DNA from: Nitrospirota bacterium
GTDB lineage: Bacteria; Nitrospirota; UBA9217
Direction of reading: 5' to 3'
Assembly (NCBI GenBank): GCA_963845065.1
Contig: CAWJQQ010000003.1
Location: forward strand, 128,001-192,000
DNA length: 64,000 nucleotides
The position numbers and the translations under genes are program-made. How positions within the stretch are numbered: the stretch's first letter is position 1; every line of letters begins with the position of its first letter. Positions 40,808 through 50,388 of the stretch are shown here, in pieces. The notes beneath the pieces were generated by a model. It ran no database searches and was not told where the DNA came from. It saw only the letters and a program-made list of their open reading frames with translations.

Positions 40808-41908
40808 ATGCCAGTACCCATGGTTGACCTGAAGATCCAGTACGAAGCGATTCAAGATGAAATTAATTCCGCAGTCTTTGGTGTTCTGAAGAGTACTAAT
40901 TTTATTCTCGGCCCTCACGGCAAGGCACTCGAAGAGGACGTGGCTCGATATCATAAAGTAAAGCATGCAGTGGCCGTGGCTTCAGGAACGGATGCTTTGC
41001 ACCTCGCCCTGCTTGCTGCGGGCATCAAGCAAGGTGATGAAGTGATTACTACGCCCTTCACATTTATTGCAACCGCTGAAGCAATTTCATATGTCGGTGC
41101 AGTGCCGGTGTTCGTAGACATTCGTCCCGATACATTTAATATGGACATTACGAAAATCGAATCGGCAATGACCAAGAGAACGAAAGCGGTAATCCCGGTC
41201 CATTTATACGGCCATTCCGCTGACATGGATGAACTCATGGGGATCGCGAGGAAATATAATGTGAGTGTCATCGAGGATTGCGCCCAGTCTTTTGGCGCAG
41301 AGTATAAAGGAACAAAGACAGGAACATTCGGCGACATGGGATGCTTCAGTTTTTTCCCGAGCAAAAACTTAGGCTGTTATGGCGACGGGGGTATGGTAAT
41401 TACTGATAATTCTCATCTGGACGAACATCTGCGGAGCCTGCGGAACCATGGGAGTCACGTACGTTACTATCATGATGAGATCGGGTTCAACAGCCGACTT
41501 GACGAAATTCAGGCTGCTATCCTGCAGGTTAAATTAAAAAGAATCGATGAATACAATGCAAAGCGCATCGCCAATGCAGCGTTTTATGCTAAGTACCTTT
41601 CTATCCCTGGCATCCAGTTACCAACGGTACAGAAGAATTCAAAACATGTCTTTCATCAGTATACGATCAGGGTCAGAAACAGGGACATTGTAAAACAAAA
41701 ATTAGATGAAGGAAAAGTAACTTCATCGATGATCTACTATCCTATTCCTCTCCATTTGCAAGCGGCATATAAAAACCTGGGCTTAAAGTCCGGAAGCTTG
41801 CCTGTAGCGGAACGGGTAGCACAAGAAGTATTATCGCTTCCCATATATCCTGAATTAAAGGAAGAACAAATTGCACAAGTCGCTGGGGCAGTAAAGAAGG
41901 CACTCTAA
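40808..41908 (+). CDS. gnnB: DegT/DnrJ/EryC1/StrS aminotransferase, GnnB-like
   Basis: SGTDAL, PFTFIAT, PVHLYG, IEDCAQ, SFFPSKNLG (PLP Lys), NSRLDEIQA; adjacent to gnnA-like gene and lpxB. Confidence 0.75.
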   Translation: MPVPMVDLKIQYEAIQDEINSAVFGVLKSTNFILGPHGKALEEDVARYHKVKHAVAVASGTDALHLALLAAGIKQGDEVITTPFTFIATAEAISYVGAVPVFVDIRPDTFNMDITKIESAMTKRTKAVIPVHLYGHSADMDELMGIARKYNVSVIEDCAQSFGAEYKGTKTGTFGDMGCFSFFPSKNLGCYGDGGMVITDNSHLDEHLRSLRNHGSHVRYYHDEIGFNSRLDEIQAAILQVKLKRIDEYNAKRIANAAFYAKYLSIPGIQLPTVQKNSKHVFHQYTIRVRNRDIVKQKLDEGKVTSSMIYYPIPLHLQAAYKNLGLKSGSLPVAERVAQEVLSLPIYPELKEEQIAQVAGAVKKAL

Positions 41909-41949
41909 GACCGTGGTCTGAAGGCAGAATCTAGAATCAGAAAAGCAGT

Positions 41950-43086
41950 ATGAAAAAGATCATGATTATGTCAGGTGAAGCTTCCGGCGATCTGCATGGT
42001 GCGAACCTGGCACGGGAGATCCAGAAACAAGACCCGTCGATAGCATTGTACGGCGTCGGCAGCGCTAGGATGAAGGAGGCCGGTGTGCAGATCTTGGCCG
42101 ATGCCTCGGAGATTTCAGTAGTAGGACTAACGGAGGTGCTGACCCATATTAGCGCTATCCGCCGGGTTTACGTCACGCTGAAGAAGTTTTTGCGACACGA
42201 ACGCCCTGATTTGTTAGTTCTCATAGACTTCCCTGACTTCAATATGTTGTTGGGAAAGGCAGCGAAGAAGATAGGAATTCCAGTCTTGTATTACATCAGC
42301 CCGCAGGTGTGGGCTTGGCGCAAGGGAAGAATCAAGAAGATCGCCGATTTGGTTAAGGCCATTATTGTTGTTTTCCCCTTTGAGGTTCAGCTCTACGAGA
42401 AAGAAAGAATCGACGTCCGATTCGTGGGGCACCCGCTCATGGATGTTGTAAAATCGGATCTGACAAAGAAAGAGGCGCGAAACGATCTCGGCATTGATGT
42501 TGATCGAAGGACTGTAGCACTGCTGCCCGGGAGCAGGAAGTCCGAGATCATCCATCTATTGCCGGATATGCTAAGTGCGGCACGGATACTCTCGTCCCGT
42601 TTCCCGGACCTGCAATTCATTCTTCCCCTTGCTCCCACTCTGGATCGAGAATTTGTCCTTTCTTTCACCGATCAGGCTGGAGTTTTATTACGGATTGTAG
42701 AAGGAAGAGCATACGACGTTCTCAAAGCTTCAGATACGGCCCTAGTGGCGTCGGGTACTGCAACGCTAGAAACAGGCCTCATGGGGGTCCCAATGGTAAT
42801 CATGTATCGGGTATCTCCGTTGACATATTTCATTGGTAAACGCTTTATCGATGTTGATCACGTCGGCCTCGTTAATATCGTCGCCGGCAAGCGCATCGTA
42901 CCAGAGTTGATCCAGGATGAGGTAACACCGGGGAAAATTGCCGATGCCGTAACCTCAATGCTGACAGATAAGGCCTACTATATGCGGATTTGTGAAGACC
43001 TCACTGAAGTGAAAACGCGATTGGGTGAACCCGGTGCATCAAGGAGGGCCGCCTTGGTGGTAAGGGAGCTGCTGGAGCAAAACTGA
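41950..43086 (+). CDS. lpxB: Lipid-A-disaccharide synthase
   Basis: GEASGDLHG, IDFPDFN, YISPQVWAWR, FVGHPL, LPGSR.SEI, SGTATLE. Confidence 0.98.
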   Translation: MKKIMIMSGEASGDLHGANLAREIQKQDPSIALYGVGSARMKEAGVQILADASEISVVGLTEVLTHISAIRRVYVTLKKFLRHERPDLLVLIDFPDFNMLLGKAAKKIGIPVLYYISPQVWAWRKGRIKKIADLVKAIIVVFPFEVQLYEKERIDVRFVGHPLMDVVKSDLTKKEARNDLGIDVDRRTVALLPGSRKSEIIHLLPDMLSAARILSSRFPDLQFILPLAPTLDREFVLSFTDQAGVLLRIVEGRAYDVLKASDTALVASGTATLETGLMGVPMVIMYRVSPLTYFIGKRFIDVDHVGLVNIVAGKRIVPELIQDEVTPGKIADAVTSMLTDKAYYMRICEDLTEVKTRLGEPGASRRAALVVRELLEQN

Positions 43087-43096
43087 AGAACAAATT

Positions 43097-44836
43097 ATGG
43101 AAATTTATAAAAGGCTGTTAATCTATCTCAGACCCTACAAAGCCCGAATCGGCTGGTCAGCCGTCTTTATGGTGCTTACGAGCGCTATGATTTCCGCGCA
43201 AGCCTACCTCGTCAAACCTGTTTTGGACAAGGTGATCCTGGCAAAAAATATAAAACTCGGTCTGCTGTTGCCGCCCGCACTGGTCGTTGTTACGATCTTT
43301 AAGGGCGCAGCGGCCTATGGGCGGGATTATATGATGGGGTGGACTGGGCAAAAAATTGTAAACGACATCCGCGATCAATTGTACGAGCACATCGAATCCC
43401 TGTCAGTTTCGTATTTTACCAAAACCCCGACTGGAACAATTATTTCACATCTCGTCAATGATGTAAACCTGGTTCAGGGAGCCCTTACTAGGGCGCCATC
43501 CACTCTTATCCAAGGTATACTGACCATGGCTGCGCTTATCGCGTATATCCTCTACCTCAACTGGCGGCTCGCCACATTCATGATTATCGTTTTGCCCTTT
43601 GCAGGCTTCGCCTTATCAAAGTTTAGCAAGCGGTTCAGGAAGGCCAGCACCAGCATGCAGGAACAGATGGGGGCGCTCACTACGCACCTGCACGAAACCA
43701 TTAGCGGTATCCGCATCGTGAAGGCATTCGGCATGGAGGCCTATGAGAGCAAACGTTTTAAGGAGAAGAACAACGACCTTTTTAACTCACTCATGAGTTC
43801 CATCAAGACAGGTGCAATTTCCCATCCGGTCATGGAAACCATCTCGATATTTGGAATTTCACTTGTCATCCTCTTCGGCCTCTATTACATTGCCAATGCA
43901 ACAATGACTGTGGGAGACTTTTTTTCGTTCATGGCAGCATTAGTACTTTTCTACCGGCCGCTCCGGGATCTGAACGGTACAAACAACACGGTACAAGACG
44001 GCGTAGCTGCTGCCAAACGTATATTTCATGTGCTGGATACCGAACCGGAAATTAAGAACCGGAAGGGTGCGGTCAACAGCCCTCGCGCATTTAAGACCAT
44101 CGATTTCAAGAAAATATCATTCAAATATGAGGACCAGATGATCCTGAAGGATATCGATCTTAGTGTCACAGCAGGAGAGACTGTTGCGATTGTGGGGAAG
44201 AGCGGCGGTGGGAAAACTACACTCGTGAACCTTATCCCTCGGTTCTATGACGTAAGCGGCGGGTCTATTTGCATTGATGGCCGGGACCTGCGTGACCTAT
44301 CGATAGAATCGCTTCGCTCACTGACGGCTATCGTTACCCAACAGACTATTCTGTTTAACGATACAGTGAAAGACAATATCGCTTACGGCAATACATTGCG
44401 TTCCTTCGATGATGTAGTGCAAGCGGCACGGTCCGCCTATGCAGACGGTTTCATCCAGGCCCTTCCGCTGGGGTACAATACCATCATTGGAGAATCAGGC
44501 GTCAAACTTTCAGGCGGTCAACGCCAGCGAATTGCGATCGCGCGCGCTCTGCTTAAAGATGCGCCAATTCTGATTCTTGATGAGGCGACATCGTCGCTCG
44601 ATACGCAATCGGAAAGGGAAGTTCAGAAGGCCCTCGATGCGCTCATGCAAGGCAGAACAAGTTTCGTGATCGCACACCGCCTCTCGACCATAATGAACGC
44701 CGACCGTATCATCGTGCTCAAGGACGGCAGGATAGTTGAACAGGGGAGGCACGAGGAACTTTTGTCCCATGGTGGGGAATACACAAACCTATATAAACAA
44801 CAATTTCGTGATGATTTATCGGTAAGGGCTTTGTAA
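43097..44836 (+). CDS. msbA: Lipid A export ABC transporter MsbA
   Basis: TMD plus NBD (GKSGGGKTT, LSGGQRQR, DEATSSLD, IAHRLST); within the lpx cluster. Confidence 0.92.
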   Translation: MEIYKRLLIYLRPYKARIGWSAVFMVLTSAMISAQAYLVKPVLDKVILAKNIKLGLLLPPALVVVTIFKGAAAYGRDYMMGWTGQKIVNDIRDQLYEHIESLSVSYFTKTPTGTIISHLVNDVNLVQGALTRAPSTLIQGILTMAALIAYILYLNWRLATFMIIVLPFAGFALSKFSKRFRKASTSMQEQMGALTTHLHETISGIRIVKAFGMEAYESKRFKEKNNDLFNSLMSSIKTGAISHPVMETISIFGISLVILFGLYYIANATMTVGDFFSFMAALVLFYRPLRDLNGTNNTVQDGVAAAKRIFHVLDTEPEIKNRKGAVNSPRAFKTIDFKKISFKYEDQMILKDIDLSVTAGETVAIVGKSGGGKTTLVNLIPRFYDVSGGSICIDGRDLRDLSIESLRSLTAIVTQQTILFNDTVKDNIAYGNTLRSFDDVVQAARSAYADGFIQALPLGYNTIIGESGVKLSGGQRQRIAIARALLKDAPILILDEATSSLDTQSEREVQKALDALMQGRTSFVIAHRLSTIMNADRIIVLKDGRIVEQGRHEELLSHGGEYTNLYKQQFRDDLSVRAL

Positions 44837-45491
44837 TGTTCAAGGCCTTACTCTCGTAGCTCATTGGTTCGATCATTCTAACAGTATGGAACCGGATCTT
44901 TTTTTGATTGCAATTCATAAACTAGGAAATACATAATCAGTTTGTATCTGAAGGGGAAAATGTACTTTATGCATTCTGGCAGGTAAAACAAGTTCTGATG
45001 TACCACAATTATTGCTATTCGGGTATCATCCCTGTCAGTGAAAGCCGTGATGGGAGATTTAGATTTATCCTCAAGCCTTTCGGGTTAGAGACTGTTAGGA
45101 GATCGAGCAGGCGGAAGGGCGATTGCGCGCTCATCGGGATTGCTGACAGCCTGAGAAAAAGCAAGAATGTCGCATTTGCCGTTGATGGTCCAAGCGGTCC
45201 GATTTACGCGTTGAAACAGAGCATTACCTATCTGGCGGGAAAACTGAATAAGCCGATTGTACCGGTATTGTACCGGTAAGCACTAGTTCTAAACGTTATT
45301 GTATCCTCGAAAAAGGAAGGAATAGGTATCGGCTTCCCGCGACGTTAACGATCGGAGTCGTAGTCTTTTGAGAGCCGGTCACGGTATCTGAGATCTCGGA
45401 AGACCACCTTCAAACTAAATGGCAAGAATTAGAAGCGTCACTAAATAAACTCATGATCCAGGCGGACGATTACTTCAAAGCTCAATCATGA
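44836..45491 (+). pseudogene. Degraded DUF374 / lysophospholipid-acyltransferase-family gene (LpxJ-like)
   Basis: ATG 44836 overlaps the msbA stop. In-frame stops at 44857, 44905 and 44923. Motifs YAFW, VSESRDG, VRRSS, AVDGPSGP, PIVPV. An 11-bp tandem duplication ATTGTACCGGT (45256-45277) shifts frame, with a further stop at 45369 and the ancestral stop at 45489-45491. Confidence 0.85.
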
Positions 45492-45500
45492 GGTAAATTT

Positions 45501-46763
45501 ATGTATATTCTCTACAATATATTTTTGGTTCTAGCGACCATCCTTTTGTCGCCGATAATACTTTTAAAGCTGATAACCGTGCCAAAGTATCGGGGTGGCC
45601 TGACCCAGAAACTCGGCCGTATTCGCAAGAGTGTTATGAATGTGATCAAAGGTACGCGCCCAATATGGGTGCATGCCGTGTCCGTCGGTGAAGTGATGGC
45701 TGCTCATCCGCTCATTCGTGAGCTTAAGAAAAAATATCCCCAAAAAAAGCTTATTCTCTCCACCGTCACGGTTACCGGACATTACACTGCTCGGCGCAGG
45801 GTGCCAGAAGCGGATGCCGTTTTCTATTTTCCCTTCGACTACCCCTGTATCGTACGAAAGGTCATTACCGGCATCAATCCTGAGCTTGTGTTGATCGCTG
45901 AAACAGAACTTTGGCCGAATTTCTTCCGGGAGTTGAAACGGGCGGGCATCCCCTCAGCTGTGATCAATGGAAGGATATCACCTCATTCCTATAAGAACTA
46001 CATGAAGTTCAAGAAATTATTCAACGCCGTCTTTGACTATATCACCCTTTTCTGCATGCAGTCTGAAGAGGACGCCCTGAGGATCAAGGACATTGGCGCC
46101 GCTCCGGAAAAAGTTTTTGTTACCGGCAATCTTAAGTTTGATCAAAAAATAACGATTGCACAGTCAAATCCGATAACAATTCCTGCAGGCAGAAAAGTCA
46201 TTACTGCAGGAAGTACCCACAGAGGAGAAGAAGCGGTCCTACTCGAAATATTTACTCGGCTGCGCGAAAAGTATCCGACACTTATATTAATTATCGCGCC
46301 GCGTCATCCGGAACGGTTTGACGAAGTAGAAGGCATAATCAACAGCGCTGGTTATGAGTGCCAGAGGCGGACCCGTTTGGGCGGCCCGATTAGAGATGTT
46401 CTGCTCCTCGATACGATAGGCGAACTCCGTACCTTCTATGCAATCTGCGACATTGCCTTTGTCGGAGGTAGCCTCGTCAAGGTAGGTGGACACAACCTTC
46501 TCGAACCCGCAGCAATGAAAAAGCCCGTTATCTTCAGCCGGTACATGTTCAACTTCAAGGAAATATCGGAAGCGCTCATATCATCAGGCGGCGGCATCAT
46601 GGTAAAAGACAAGGGTGAACTGCATGCACAACTCGATGCTCTATTGTCCGACCAGGAAAGAGCTCAGCATCTAGGTGAGTGTGCCTTCAAAGTGATAGAA
46701 GCCAACTCGGGTGCTGCGAAGAAAACCATAGACACCATCGGCAGGTTGATCGTTGCGCGTTAA
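45501..46763 (+). CDS. waaA: Kdo transferase
   Basis: IWVHAVSVGE, ETELWPN, GNLKFD, AGSTH, APRHPERF, DTIGEL, GGHNLLEPA. Confidence 0.97.
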   Translation: MYILYNIFLVLATILLSPIILLKLITVPKYRGGLTQKLGRIRKSVMNVIKGTRPIWVHAVSVGEVMAAHPLIRELKKKYPQKKLILSTVTVTGHYTARRRVPEADAVFYFPFDYPCIVRKVITGINPELVLIAETELWPNFFRELKRAGIPSAVINGRISPHSYKNYMKFKKLFNAVFDYITLFCMQSEEDALRIKDIGAAPEKVFVTGNLKFDQKITIAQSNPITIPAGRKVITAGSTHRGEEAVLLEIFTRLREKYPTLILIIAPRHPERFDEVEGIINSAGYECQRRTRLGGPIRDVLLLDTIGELRTFYAICDIAFVGGSLVKVGGHNLLEPAAMKKPVIFSRYMFNFKEISEALISSGGGIMVKDKGELHAQLDALLSDQERAQHLGECAFKVIEANSGAAKKTIDTIGRLIVAR

Positions 46764-47826
46764 ATCGTATGTCGAAGATTTGATGTATGGCAGAAAACAT
46801 TCGCATTTGCTGAGTGCTGTTCTCATTGCCTTTTCTCTAATATACGGGCTTGCAGTCCTTATACGCGAACTATTATATTGGCTGCACCTGCTAAAAGTCA
46901 ATAAACTCCCCTGCTTGGTAATCTCCATTGGCAACATAACGCTGGGCGGTACCGGGAAAACGCCTATGGTCATTTCTGTGGCAAGATTTTTGGTTCGCAA
47001 TCAGAAACAACCGCTGGTGGTGAGTCGCGGTTATGGAAGGCAAAAAGAATCAAAGGTTTTGGCTGTCTCTGATGGCCGCTCTATTCTGGTTAATACCCGT
47101 ATGGGCGGTGATGAGCCGGTCCTTATCGCTTCAAGACTTCCAGGCGTACCCGTTATTGTAGGGCGCGACCGGTATCAAACTGCACTGTATGGCATTAGGA
47201 AATATCATAGCACTATAGTTATCCTTGACGATGGTTTTCAACATCGCGGCCTCAGAAGAACTGCCGATATTGTGCTCGTGGACGCAACAGACCCCTTTGG
47301 CAACGGGAAATTATTTCCTGCCGGCATTTTGCGGGAACGGATTGCAGCTCTTAAGCGCGCCCAGGCAATAGTGATCACCCGGATTGACCAGGTAGTGGAC
47401 AAAGAAGAACTCAAAACAAAAATTAAACGCATCACGTTGGCGCCAATATTTACATCATATCATCAACCAATAGACTTGGTGGAGTGCTCCACGGGCGATG
47501 TAAAGTCGCTTGTGGTCTTGCGAGATGCACGAGCTTTCGTTTTTTCCGGTATTGCCCGGCCGTCATCATTTACAAATATGCTAGTCTCGCTCGGTGTGAA
47601 CGTCGCAGTCAAACGTGCTTTTCCAGATCATTATGAATACCAGAAAACAGACCTGGCCTCCATCTATGAAAAGGCAACTGATGCGCGAGTAAATATGATA
47701 ATCACGACTGAAAAGGATATGATGCGGATCAAAAACCTAAAACCTGACGGCATCTGGGCACTTCGCATTGACCTTGCAATATATGAGCGTGAAGAATGGG
47801 AGCAGTTTCTTGCGAGGTTGGTATGA
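46753..47826 (+). CDS. lpxK: Tetraacyldisaccharide 4'-kinase
   Basis: SIGNITLGGTGKTP, SRGYG, GDEP, LDDGFQH, PAGILRE, FPDHY, TTEKD. Confidence 0.97.
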   Translation: MRVKSYVEDLMYGRKHSHLLSAVLIAFSLIYGLAVLIRELLYWLHLLKVNKLPCLVISIGNITLGGTGKTPMVISVARFLVRNQKQPLVVSRGYGRQKESKVLAVSDGRSILVNTRMGGDEPVLIASRLPGVPVIVGRDRYQTALYGIRKYHSTIVILDDGFQHRGLRRTADIVLVDATDPFGNGKLFPAGILRERIAALKRAQAIVITRIDQVVDKEELKTKIKRITLAPIFTSYHQPIDLVECSTGDVKSLVVLRDARAFVFSGIARPSSFTNMLVSLGVNVAVKRAFPDHYEYQKTDLASIYEKATDARVNMIITTEKDMMRIKNLKPDGIWALRIDLAIYEREEWEQFLARLV

Positions 47827-48407
47827 ATAAAGCTGTTTTTCTTGACCGAGATGGTACGGTGAACGAAGAAGTGGGATACTTACGCAATATTGCAGATCTT
47901 CGATTGATACCTGGTGCAAGTGCGGCGATAAAACTTCTAAACGATTCAGGAATGAGGGTTGTCCTTGTGACAAATCAGTCGGGTATTGCACGAGGATATC
48001 TTTCAGAATCGCTGCTTCATAAAATTCATGACCGACTTGAACAGATGCTGCGTGAAGAAGGAGCGAGGCTTGACGCTATTTATTACTGTCCTCACCATCC
48101 TTCTGCTGGCAGTTCGAACTATACCAAAGAATGTGACTGCAGGAAGCCCGGGACAGGCCTTATCGACAGGGCTGCACGCGATTTAGAAATTGATGTCAAG
48201 CAATCCTTTGTCGTGGGGGACAAATGGAGTGACGTGGAACTAGGCCAGCGAGCAGGAGCGCACTCCATTCTTGTTAAGAGGGCTTACGGGTCCACAGATG
48301 AAGAAAGTTTACGGCCACCTCATCTCGTTGAGCCCGATTTCACCGCCCATACCATCAGCGAAGCGGTTGACTGGATCATCAAACAGGTTGGAAGAAGCAA
48401 CGGATGA
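47823..48407 (+). CDS. gmhB: D,D-heptose 1,7-bisphosphate phosphatase
   Basis: FLDRDGT, VTNQSGIARG, CPHHP, CDCRKPG, VGDKWSD. Confidence 0.92.
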   Translation: MNKAVFLDRDGTVNEEVGYLRNIADLRLIPGASAAIKLLNDSGMRVVLVTNQSGIARGYLSESLLHKIHDRLEQMLREEGARLDAIYYCPHHPSAGSSNYTKECDCRKPGTGLIDRAARDLEIDVKQSFVVGDKWSDVELGQRAGAHSILVKRAYGSTDEESLRPPHLVEPDFTAHTISEAVDWIIKQVGRSNG

Positions 48408-49495
48408 AGCCCGCGACGGAAAGCATTCTCGTTATGCGATACCGGTTTATCGGCGACACAGTGCTAACAATACCGTTTCTGCGGAATCTGCGTCATGCTG
48501 AGCCAAAGGCACATATTGCATGGATGGTGGCACCCGGCGCGTCAGACATTGTGAAAGGGATTCCCTATGTCAACGAAATGATTTATTGGGACCCAGTAAC
48601 CATTCATGCTGACAGCCGTGGGAGCCACCACACCATCTTCTCGAAAGTTGCATTTATTAAAGACCTCCGTCGTCATCATTTTGATAAGATCTACGTACTC
48701 AAGCGTTCGCTCTCGAGCGCGCTTATCGCGTGGCTAAGCGGCGCTCCTAAACGAATAGGATTCGATACTGAGGGTAGGGGAGTGTTATTGACGACAAGGG
48801 TCCCTTACCGACATGATCAACATGAGGTGAAAAACTTTCTTGATGTTTTAAAAGCAGATGGAATAAACGTAAAAGACGATTTTCTTGAGATTTGGACTAG
48901 TCCTGAAGAAGAGGAGCGCATTGCACGAGTACTGGCTGATGCTGGAATTACTACTTTCAACCGAATTGCAGCAATTCATCCGTTTTCCGCAGTGACGCAG
49001 CGCGGGTGGCCTCTAGAAAATTATGCTGCGTTGACGACGAGACTCAGAAAAGAGGGAAATTTCCGTACTATTATCATTGGCGGCCCGGGGGATGTCGAGG
49101 CATTTGCTAAAGTAAAGCATATGTTCGGGGACAATATCATCGATCTTGTCGGAAAATGCAACTTGCGCGATACGATAGCGCTCTTACTGCGGTGTTCTTT
49201 GTTTGTAGGAAACGATAGTGGCATTATGCATCTTGCTGCTGCAGCTGGTACTCCACTCGTAGCACTTTTCGGACCGCAGTCGCCGGTTAAATTCGGCCCT
49301 TGGAGCGCAAGATCTAAAGTCATCTATAAGGGCATGGCATGCTCGCCGTGCAGACAGAAGTTTTTTTCCGAATGCGAACCGTCAGTGCGCATGAGACCTG
49401 CATGCATGGAATCCATTTCGGTAGATGAAGTACTTCAAGAGAGCGTTAGAATTTCTGGTTCAGCGTTCAATGAATCTTTGATCCAATCTGAATAA
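48404..49495 (+). CDS. GT9 LPS heptosyltransferase (WaaF-like)
   Basis: IGDTVLTIP, RIGF, VGNDSGIMHLAAA.GTP.VALFGP, CSPC. Confidence 0.9.
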   Translation: MKPATESILVMRYRFIGDTVLTIPFLRNLRHAEPKAHIAWMVAPGASDIVKGIPYVNEMIYWDPVTIHADSRGSHHTIFSKVAFIKDLRRHHFDKIYVLKRSLSSALIAWLSGAPKRIGFDTEGRGVLLTTRVPYRHDQHEVKNFLDVLKADGINVKDDFLEIWTSPEEEERIARVLADAGITTFNRIAAIHPFSAVTQRGWPLENYAALTTRLRKEGNFRTIIIGGPGDVEAFAKVKHMFGDNIIDLVGKCNLRDTIALLLRCSLFVGNDSGIMHLAAAAGTPLVALFGPQSPVKFGPWSARSKVIYKGMACSPCRQKFFSECEPSVRMRPACMESISVDEVLQESVRISGSAFNESLIQSE

Positions 49496-49598
49496 ATATG
49501 AGTCTTGCTCAGCAAAATCCGCTATCTTCGGATCATGATGAAATAAAATAGGTAGAAAGGATCACATCTACGATTTATTAATAAACGGGGCGATAGGA

Positions 49599-50375
49599 AT
49601 GGCAATTAATAAAACGAAAATATCTGTCACCGTCCGGACCTTCAATGAAGAGAAAAACCTGAAGGAGTGCCTGGAAAGCGTTACTTGGGCAGATGAGATC
49701 GTTGTCATCGATTCTAAGAGCACTGACAGTACTGTTGCGATCGCAAGAGAGTTCACAAACAAGGTTGTTATTCAGGAATGGCTTGGACATATCGGACAAA
49801 GCCAATTTGCAACTGACCAGACAAAAAACATATGGGTGCTGCACATGGATGCAGACGAACGCGTGTCCACGGGGCTTCGGGACGAGATCCTATCTCTGGA
49901 TTTGGACAACAGTATTTGTGATGCTTATGAGATGCCGCGACGTCATTTTTTTATGCAGCGGTGGATTAACCATTCAGCCTGGTTCCCAGATTATAAGATC
50001 CGCCTATTTCGCAAGGACCGGTGCAAATGGGGAGGATATGCGCCTCATGATGAGGTAAAAGTAAAAGGTCTTAAAGAAAAACTCAAAAATGAAATATATC
50101 ATTATATTTATATCGATGTAGCTCATTTTGCGGCTACAAAAAATAGGTACTCGTCTCTTACCGCTGAAGACCATTTTAAAAATGGAAGAAGAGCACGCAT
50201 AATCGATTTTACTTTGCGGCCACTCTACGCTTTTCTTTACCGCTTTCTCATACGATTGGGAATTGCAGACGGGATTCCTGGGTTTACCATATCCGTTATG
50301 GAAGCCCATTCTGTCTTCATGAAGTATATTAAGTTATATGAGATTCAAAACAAGCTGCGGAGATTTGAGAAGTAG
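49599..50375 (+). CDS. GT2 glycosyltransferase (WaaE/KdtX-like, LPS core)
   Basis: TFNEEKNL.ECLESV.WADEIVVIDS.STD, DADE, PDYKIRLF. Confidence 0.9.
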   Translation: MAINKTKISVTVRTFNEEKNLKECLESVTWADEIVVIDSKSTDSTVAIAREFTNKVVIQEWLGHIGQSQFATDQTKNIWVLHMDADERVSTGLRDEILSLDLDNSICDAYEMPRRHFFMQRWINHSAWFPDYKIRLFRKDRCKWGGYAPHDEVKVKGLKEKLKNEIYHYIYIDVAHFAATKNRYSSLTAEDHFKNGRRARIIDFTLRPLYAFLYRFLIRLGIADGIPGFTISVMEAHSVFMKYIKLYEIQNKLRRFEK

Positions 50376-50388
50376 CAAGAGGGATGTA

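Noticed and set aside
44836..45491. Stop-codon reassignment or readthrough explaining in-frame TAG/TGA in the DUF374 gene
   Set aside because: Other genes in the window terminate normally at TAG and TGA. This gene also has a frameshifting duplication and eroded motifs, so ordinary pseudogenisation fits better.
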